A stretch of 24,000 nucleotides of DNA from an uncultured Parabacteroides sp. (GTDB taxonomy: Bacteria; Bacteroidota; Bacteroidia; Bacteroidales; Tannerellaceae): assembly GCA_937894065.1 (NCBI GenBank), contig CALCST010000012.1, positions 12,508 through 36,507 on the forward strand, given 5' to 3'. Position 1 is the stretch's first letter. Each line of letters starts with the position of its first letter. This document shows, one piece after another, positions 18,473 through 24,000 of this stretch. Position numbers and translations under genes: made by a program. The notes under the pieces are model-generated. The model worked only from the letters and a program-made list of their open reading frames with translations. It searched no databases and was not told where the DNA came from.

Positions 18473-20302
18473 ATGAACAGATTACTGTCTTTACTCAAAC
18501 AATTCTTCGGATATACATCTTTTCGCCCTTTGCAGGCAGACATAATAAAACATATTTTAGAGAAAAAAGACGCGCTGGTGCTGATGCCGACCGGCGGTGG
18601 AAAGTCTATTTGCTTCCAGCTTCCGGCAATATATCTTCCGGGTGTGACTATTGTTGTGTCTCCTCTTATAGCATTGATGAAAGATCAGGTGGAAGGTTTG
18701 GTAAATAACGGTATTCCGGCAGCTTCACTTAATAGTATGATGCCAGAGGCAGAACAGCAGCGTGTGAAGCAATTGGCACGCCAAGGCAGACTGAAGCTTA
18801 TTTATATTTCGCCTGAGAGAGTGAAGGCTGAGGCAGACTGGTTCCTTCCGAGCCTGAATGTTTCGCTTATTGCCATTGATGAGGCGCATTGTGTTTCGCA
18901 TTGGGGACATGATTTCCGTCCGGAATATACTCAGCTTGCCATATTGAAAGAGCGTTTCCCGAATGTTCCGGTTGTTGCTCTGACTGCAACAGCAGATAAG
19001 GTGACACGCACAGATATAATAAAGCAGCTGAATCTGCATGAGCCGGGAATTTTCATTTCCTCGTTCGACCGTCCGAATCTTTCTCTTACCGTTGAAAAAG
19101 GATTGAACAAGAAAGAGAAAATCCAGGCAATAGTCCGTTTTATCCGCCGTCATCCGAAACAAAGCGGAATTGTGTATTGCCAGAAACGTAGTGACACGGA
19201 GATGCTTTCAGATGAGCTTTCGATGTATAATATTGATGCAATTCCTTATCATGCCGGACTTCCGCATGATGTCCGAGAGCAGGCACAGAATGATTTCATT
19301 TCCGACAGGGTGAATGTTATCTGTGCAACTGTAGCTTTCGGTATGGGAATAGACAAGAGTAATGTCCGCTGGGTGATACATTATAATATGCCCGGAAGCA
19401 TCGAAAATTATTATCAGGAAATTGGCCGTGCCGGTCGTGATGGTGCACCGGCAGATACTTTGTTGTTCTATTCCGTCGGTGATTTGATTTTGCTACGCCA
19501 GTTCGTTGAGGAAAGCGGACAAAAAGAAATAAATTCCGATAAGTTGGAATGGATGCGCCGCTATTGTGAAGCAGATGTTTGCCGTCGTCGTGTGTTGTTG
19601 AGCTATTTCGGTGAGGAATCGAAGGAAGATTGTGGAAATTGTGATGTATGTAAGAATCCTCCGGTTCGTTTCGATGGCAGTATTCTTGTGCAGAAAGCTT
19701 TGAGCGGAATGATTCGTACAGGCGAGCAGGTTGGTATGAATATGCTTATAGATATTCTTAGAGGCTCGTCCCGCGCCGAGATTATATCCAAAGGCTACAA
19801 TATGCTGAAAACATACGGTGCCGGACGAGATTTGCCTTTCAAGGTGTGGAAAGAATATATCTATCAGATGATACAGCTGGGCTATATCGAGATTAATCCT
19901 ATGTCCAATTATACGCTGAAATCTACAGAAAGTGGCAGAAACGTGCTTTTCGGCAAAGATACAGCTCAGTTGGCACGTTATCGCGAGCGTGTAGTTGAGT
20001 CAAGTCAGTCATCTTCAGGATATAAAGCCACGCCAATTCGTCCAAAACAATCTGTTCCAGTTGATGAGTCACTATTGGATGCTCTTATGCAACTGCGTAA
20101 GCAATTGGCAGAACGAGAGCATAAGCTGGCATACCATATTTTCTCGGACGATTCTTTGTATGAAATGGTTGCCCATAAACCTGTGACTCTTGCCGAGTTT
20201 GGAATGATTCGCGGTGTAGGCGATATAAAGTTGGAGCGTTACGGACGTATTTTTGTTTCCCTTATTCGCTTCGTATTGAAGATGCCGAAATTGCCTCAGT
20301 AG
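18473..20302 (+). CDS. recQ: ATP-dependent DNA helicase RecQ
   Basis: Motifs present are FGYTSFRPLQ, MPTGGGKS, DEAH (IDEAHCVSHWGHDFRPEY), the Zn-binding C..C..C..C (CRRRVLLSYFGEESKEDCGNCDVC) and a C-terminal HRDC region. The track start at 18398 lies inside the leuB terminator stem. ATG 18473 gives 609 aa, which I recall is the length of E. coli RecQ. Confidence 0.9.
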   Translation: MNRLLSLLKQFFGYTSFRPLQADIIKHILEKKDALVLMPTGGGKSICFQLPAIYLPGVTIVVSPLIALMKDQVEGLVNNGIPAASLNSMMPEAEQQRVKQLARQGRLKLIYISPERVKAEADWFLPSLNVSLIAIDEAHCVSHWGHDFRPEYTQLAILKERFPNVPVVALTATADKVTRTDIIKQLNLHEPGIFISSFDRPNLSLTVEKGLNKKEKIQAIVRFIRRHPKQSGIVYCQKRSDTEMLSDELSMYNIDAIPYHAGLPHDVREQAQNDFISDRVNVICATVAFGMGIDKSNVRWVIHYNMPGSIENYYQEIGRAGRDGAPADTLLFYSVGDLILLRQFVEESGQKEINSDKLEWMRRYCEADVCRRRVLLSYFGEESKEDCGNCDVCKNPPVRFDGSILVQKALSGMIRTGEQVGMNMLIDILRGSSRAEIISKGYNMLKTYGAGRDLPFKVWKEYIYQMIQLGYIEINPMSNYTLKSTESGRNVLFGKDTAQLARYRERVVESSQSSSGYKATPIRPKQSVPVDESLLDALMQLRKQLAEREHKLAYHIFSDDSLYEMVAHKPVTLAEFGMIRGVGDIKLERYGRIFVSLIRFVLKMPKLPQ

Positions 20303-20876
20303 AAAGTACAACTTCACCGAAAGGAATCATAGCGTTGAAAAGGCAGATTTTACTGTAAGAATGTATTGAGGAGAATTCTATTTCATTTTCTTTAATAATT
20401 CCGCTTTCTAGCAAATAAGAGCGCATAGTTCCTTTCAATAAAGGAGTAGTTGGAGTTTCCCATTTCCCGTAATAATTCAACAAGGCAATGTTGGCAATTG
20501 AAGTATCCGTAATATGACCGTTTCTAATAATTAATACATCATCACATTCACCGCGCAAGTCATAAAGTCTGTTCAGATTATTTCTGTCTTCATACTTGTA
20601 GCCGTAGTCAATGCTATTGCATTCAACAATTTGCAAATATTCTACTTTTCTGATTTTGTATGGAAAATATTCCACTTTTTCGATGTTCTTGCCATAAAGA
20701 ATCCTGCATCTTGTGCGATCTTTATATTTCTCAGGAAATTCAATTATAGAAGATAAATCTGGAACAGTGCATTCCGGATAGAAATACTTCATAGTGCTGT
20801 GCATTCTCTTTTCATGGAATTTGAGATTTTTTACGGCACCATTCTCTATTCTTATAGTTTCAATAAATCGGCACAT
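20262..20876 (-). CDS. Aminotransferase class IV family protein, aminodeoxychorismate lyase (PabC)-like
   Basis: The protein is 204 aa. Its start overlaps the stop of the upstream chorismate-binding enzyme gene by 17 bp. The N-terminus (FIETIRIENGAVKNLKFHEKRM) and the size are typical of short Bacteroidota PabC-like proteins. The assignment rests on context plus weak motif recognition. Confidence 0.6.
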   Translation of the reverse strand: MCRFIETIRIENGAVKNLKFHEKRMHSTMKYFYPECTVPDLSSIIEFPEKYKDRTRCRILYGKNIEKVEYFPYKIRKVEYLQIVECNSIDYGYKYEDRNNLNRLYDLRGECDDVLIIRNGHITDTSIANIALLNYYGKWETPTTPLLKGTMRSYLLESGIIKENEIEFSSIHSYSKICLFNAMIPFGEVVLSTEAISASSIRSE

Positions 20877-21840
20877 ATATTTTCTGTATCATTTCATTGT
20901 ATTCACTGTTTAATTCGCTTCGTGATGTAATTCCACCACCGCTTTTGAAGAAGAATTTGTCTCCGTCTTTCTCTATGAAACGAATCATAACGGAGCTATC
21001 GAGGTTTTCTCCATCGAAATATCCCATAATCCCTGTATAAAAACCTCTGTTGTATGTTTCAGCTTCAGAAATTATCTCTTGTGTTTTCTTTTTAGGCGCA
21101 CCGGAAATTGATCCAGCGGGAAGTAGAGAAAACAGGATTGAACCAATATTGTTCTGCCAATTATCCTGCAATTTACCCCGCACTTCAGAACTTACCTGAA
21201 GAAGAACACCTTTATTTGTCTGTATTCTGTCAATATATCTGTATTTTGGAACAGAAACATCAGAAGCGATTATGCTTAAATCATTTCTGATTAAATCAAC
21301 TATAGTGGCATGCTCGGCAGCTTCCTTCGGGTCATTCATTATTATGGATTCAGCATTGGGGAGCGAAGCGTCAATAGTCCCTTTCATCGGATAAGAATAT
21401 ACATATCCGTCTTTTATCCTGATAAATATTTCAGGAGAGAAAACAATGAACTTGTCTCTAAGCATAAGCTTGTATAAAGCTTTCGCTCTGAAGAACAACT
21501 CCTCTAATTGTAAGTTTATATTGATAGGAGTGGAGCAGGTGAGATTCACAAGGTAAGAATTACCTTTATTGATATTATCTTTAACGATGTTGAAAGATTT
21601 CTCATAATCCTTAATGCTCTGAGGAAAAATCTCAATTTGAGGATTATTTGAAGACGTGTATTTTGTTTTGAAGTTGGAGAATCCGTTGAAGTCGTATAAT
21701 ATTGAAGAACTGTCGGTCGAATCAGCTTCTTCAACAATTATGTTTTCTTGCAGATAGTCGATAATAAAAATAAAAGGATGTTTTCTCGTTCCAAAACTGT
21801 TCATTAAAGAAATTGCATTTTCTTTATTGATAAAGCGCAT
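20860..21840 (-). CDS. pabB: Chorismate-binding enzyme, aminodeoxychorismate synthase component I (PabB)-like, short form
   Basis: C-terminal chorismate-binding motifs are present (PAGSISGAPKKKTQEIISEAE..RGFYTGIMGYFD, MIRFIE, GGGITSRS). At 326 aa it lacks the long N-terminal domain of canonical PabB/TrpE. Confidence 0.75.
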   Translation of the reverse strand: MRFINKENAISLMNSFGTRKHPFIFIIDYLQENIIVEEADSTDSSSILYDFNGFSNFKTKYTSSNNPQIEIFPQSIKDYEKSFNIVKDNINKGNSYLVNLTCSTPININLQLEELFFRAKALYKLMLRDKFIVFSPEIFIRIKDGYVYSYPMKGTIDASLPNAESIIMNDPKEAAEHATIVDLIRNDLSIIASDVSVPKYRYIDRIQTNKGVLLQVSSEVRGKLQDNWQNNIGSILFSLLPAGSISGAPKKKTQEIISEAETYNRGFYTGIMGYFDGENLDSSVMIRFIEKDGDKFFFKSGGGITSRSELNSEYNEMIQKIYVPIY

Positions 21841-21858
21841 TTTTTAGTAGGTCTTTGA

Positions 21859-22038
21859 AATTATATTATTTAAGTTTCGCAAGTTGCTCAACTTAAAAGT
21901 TAACAAGGCTTCAGATACAAGTTGACAAGGTCAAAACAACTGAAACTTTACATTTATCATCTAAAAACCTTGTTGACTTGTTTTCTTGTCAACTTGTTAC
22001 CTGCAAGTTGAGCTTGCGAAACTTGAATTATATTATTT
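21859..22038. mobile_element. MITE-like intergenic element: roughly 20-bp terminal inverted repeats flanked by 13-bp direct repeats (repeat family copy C)
   Basis: The direct repeat AATTATATTATTT occurs at 21859-21871 and 22026-22038. The left TIR is AAGTTTCGCAAGTTGCTCAACTT (21872-21894). The right TIR is AAGTTGAGCTTGCGAAACTT (22005-22024); its reverse complement, AAGTTTCGCAAGCTCAACTT, differs from the left TIR only by a 3-bp indel. An internal inverted repeat pairs CAAGTTGACAAG (21919-21930) with CTTGTCAACTTG (21986-21997). No ORF lies inside. Confidence 0.5.
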
Positions 22039-22518
22039 TTTATCAAGTAAAAACTCGTTGATTTGCTTGATAAATTCATCTTTAGGAAGAGCTCCTTGCG
22101 AAACCATAGGCTTTCCTTCTTTAGGAACAAATAAAATGGTCGGGATACTTCTTACACCGAAAACAGCAGCAAGTTCCTGTTCGTTATCAACATTTATTTT
22201 ATATATAACGATATCGTCCTTATATTGTGCAGCCAATTCTTTAAGAATGGGAGCCACAGCCTTGCAAGGTCCACACCAGTCTGCATAGAAATCAATAATG
22301 CAAGGTTTATCTCCTTCGTAAACCCACTGGTTTGGACTCTTTTCATAATTGAAAACCTTGTTAAGAAAGTCGGCTTTGTTTAAAACTATGACTTCACCTG
22401 CCTTTTCGCTGTTTACTGTTGTATTTTCCTTTCCTGAGTCATCTGTTTTAGCAGACATGCTACAGCTTAAAGTCAAAAAAGAAATAGCAAATAGTAATAG
22501 GTTTCTAACTTTTCTCAT
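22033..22518 (-). CDS. Thioredoxin-family lipoprotein
   Basis: A signal peptide with lipobox (LLLFAISFLTLSCS) precedes the WCGPC active site and a thioredoxin fold (IIDFYADWCGPCKAVAPIL). Confidence 0.85.
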   Translation of the reverse strand: MRKVRNLLLFAISFLTLSCSMSAKTDDSGKENTTVNSEKAGEVIVLNKADFLNKVFNYEKSPNQWVYEGDKPCIIDFYADWCGPCKAVAPILKELAAQYKDDIVIYKINVDNEQELAAVFGVRSIPTILFVPKEGKPMVSQGALPKDEFIKQINEFLLDKK

Positions 22519-22560
22519 TGTCTGAATAATTAATTGATTGTCTTTTGTTTTTTAGTTATT

Positions 22561-22568
22561 CAAATATA
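22561..22568 (-). promoter_or_regulatory. Candidate -7 promoter box (TATATTTG) for the thioredoxin gene
   Basis: The plus strand reads CAAATATA, which is TATATTTG on the minus strand. It lies 42 bp upstream of the ATG at 22518. Confidence 0.4.
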
Positions 22569-22650
22569 CTAATATTTTTCTGATTAGAAAAAAATTGCCC
22601 TTAAATGAAAATTTTTTCTTCAAAACTATTGCATATTCAAAAATAATACC

Positions 22651-22658
22651 TACCTTTG
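22651..22658 (+). promoter_or_regulatory. Candidate -7 promoter box (TACCTTTG) for tRNA-Ser
   Basis: The box matches TAnnTTTG and lies 46 bp upstream of the 5' end of the tRNA. The leader contains a small hairpin (CAATCG..CGATTG). Confidence 0.4.
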
Positions 22659-22704
22659 CACCGCAATCGAGAGAGAACGATTGGTTAACAAGGTGAGAAA
22701 TTTT

Positions 22705-22790
<86 letters not shown>

Positions 22791-22817
22791 AAGGTATAAT
22801 ATTAACAAATAAACTGA

Positions 22818-22852
22818 AAGCTACAAATCATTGATTTGTAGCTTTTTTTTAT
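22818..22852 (+). terminator. Rho-independent terminator after tRNA-Ser
   Basis: AAGCTACAAATC, loop ATT and GATTTGTAGCTT form a 12-bp perfect stem. A run of Ts follows (TTTTTTTTATTTT). Confidence 0.75.
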
Positions 22853-23119
22853 TTTCTGAAAATCACTTTCCAAGACTTCATAAATACCGAAAAAGACATT
22901 GTTTCGTTACTAAATCGTTACCTATTAATTATTGGAAAAAATAGTAACGATTTGTTTGTGAATTGTGTGATATTTAGAGTTAAAGAAACTCAAAATTCAA
23001 TTTTTTCATTTGATTAATTCGGCTTTCTTTTTTTTCTTTAGAAATCTTTTATTGGGGCGCTTCTTTGTTAACCTATGGTGCTCCGTTCAATTGGTATTTA
23101 TAAATTATAAGAATTAATT

Positions 23120-24000
23120 ATGGCTAAAATATATACCCCCAGTTCTCTAAAGGAACTTAAAGAGTTAGTTAATGATAAGAACGTTCGTCTCGATGATATT
23201 GATACTTCTCTGATTACGGATATGACAGAGCTTTTTAAAGACTCAAAACGTAAAAGCTTTGATGGACTTGAAACGTGGGATACCTCGAATGTTACTACGA
23301 TGAAAGGCATGTTTTACAGGGCGAAATATTTCAACCATCCAATAGGAAACTGGGACGTTTCAAAGGTGGAGGATATGTCGTACATGTTTTGTGAAGCTCC
23401 AGCCTTCGATCAGCCGATTGAGTTTTGGGATGTCTCGAACGTTCACTATATGGATTCCATGTTCGCTTGGGCGTACAGCTTCAACCAGCCGCTTGGGCGC
23501 TGGAATGTTTCGAATGTATGTAACATGAAAGCTATGCTGTATTTCGCAAAGAATTTCAATCAGCCACTTAATGATTGGAATGTATCAAAGGTTTATACCA
23601 TTACATGCATTTTTTGCGGTGCGAAAAGTTTTAACCAGCCACTAGACAAATGGGATACTTCGGGAATACAAGAAATGGCATATGCATTCTCTGAATGTTA
23701 CGAGTTTAACCAGAACATCGACTCTTGGGATACGTCGGATGTCACATATATGGATGGAATGTTCGACCGTGCGAAAAACTTCAACCAACCTCTTAACTCG
23801 TGGAAGACTGGCAATGTAAAATTTATGAGGCGCATGTTTCAAGGAGCGTCAAGTTTCAACCAACCGCTTGACAAATGGGATGTGAGCCGCGTCGAAACAG
23901 CAGAAATGATGTTCAAGAATGCGACGAGCTTCAGCCAGCCTCTCTATATGTGGCAGATATCGAGAGATTGCGATGTCAACGATATGTTCCTGGATGCTCC
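23120..24000 (+). CDS. DUF285 / BspA-like leucine-rich-repeat family protein (5' partial view; runs off the window edge)
   Basis: The frame is open from ATG 23120 (in-frame TAA at 23108) to the window end at 24000. It is absent from the supplied track because it has no stop codon in the window. It contains about ten tandem 25-aa repeats of the form W(D/N)(V/T)SxVxxMxxMFxxAxxFNQPLxx starting at 23276. No signal peptide is obvious at the N-terminus (MAKIYTPSSLKELKELVND). Confidence 0.85.
   Translation, partial: MAKIYTPSSLKELKELVNDKNVRLDDIDTSLITDMTELFKDSKRKSFDGLETWDTSNVTTMKGMFYRAKYFNHPIGNWDVSKVEDMSYMFCEAPAFDQPIEFWDVSNVHYMDSMFAWAYSFNQPLGRWNVSNVCNMKAMLYFAKNFNQPLNDWNVSKVYTITCIFCGAKSFNQPLDKWDTSGIQEMAYAFSECYEFNQNIDSWDTSDVTYMDGMFDRAKNFNQPLNSWKTGNVKFMRRMFQGASSFNQPLDKWDVSRVETAEMMFKNATSFSQPLYMWQISRDCDVNDMFLDA

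Noticed and set aside
18473-20302. RecQ as part of a defence or novel helicase system
   Set aside because: It has the canonical helicase, Zn-binding and HRDC architecture and a housekeeping length. It has its own promoter and no nuclease or other defence-type partners nearby.
8830-22288. Remaining short track ORFs nested in annotated genes (for example 8830-9051, 9558-9764, 9737-10183, 10597-10842, 10879-11076, 11834-12271, 12833-13133, 13700-14032, 15060-15269, 15366-15815, 15547-15762, 16215-16421, 17571-17816, 18163-18384, 18725-19162, 19603-19791, 19995-20317, 21108-21290, 21546-21737, 21986-22288)
   Set aside because: They overlap strongly supported genes on the opposite strand or in another frame and show no recognisable domains.
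23098-23842. Minus-strand track ORFs 23098-23310 (70 aa) and 23642-23842 (66 aa)
   Set aside because: Both are antisense shadows of the long plus-strand DUF285 repeat ORF, which has strong periodic protein-level conservation.

Overview
AT-rich chromosomal window of Bacteroidota type, probably Bacteroidales. Support: TAnnTTTG -7 promoter boxes, no Shine-Dalgarno sites, Tat/lipobox exported enzymes, and the gene content. Three blocks are visible. (1) 53-8628, minus strand: a six-gene carbohydrate cluster. It encodes a GH2 beta-galactosidase, a membrane tetrahaem cytochrome c fused to an FGE-sulfatase-like domain, a Tat-exported Gfo/Idh/MocA dehydrogenase, a Tat-exported xylose-isomerase-fold lipoprotein, a hemerythrin/RIC-like protein and a LuxR-type regulator. 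Next to it lie a PAS-like LuxR regulator, a Maa/LacA-type acetyltransferase and a secreted DUF1349 protein. The DUF1349 gene is bracketed by two unusual arrays of about 22-bp period. (2) 11476-18420, plus strand: a leucine operon (leuA, leuC, leuD, a LeuA/CimA-family paralog, a small 2-TM ORF, leuB). It is preceded by a candidate Leu-rich leader peptide plus an intrinsic terminator (attenuator). (3) Housekeeping genes: recQ, a pabB/pabC-like pair, a thioredoxin lipoprotein and tRNA-Ser(UGA). After the tRNA, a DUF285/BspA-like 25-aa-repeat protein runs off the right edge and is missing from the supplied ORF track. A short dispersed intergenic repeat family has three copies; the largest looks MITE-like, with terminal inverted repeats and 13-bp flanking direct repeats. 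I saw no rRNA, CRISPR array, transposase, integrase or recognisable defence genes. The best candidate for an incompletely understood system is the periplasmic glycoside-oxidation cluster with the haem/FGE-like fusion and its hemerythrin-like/LuxR pair. All family assignments come from motif recognition by eye, not from searches.
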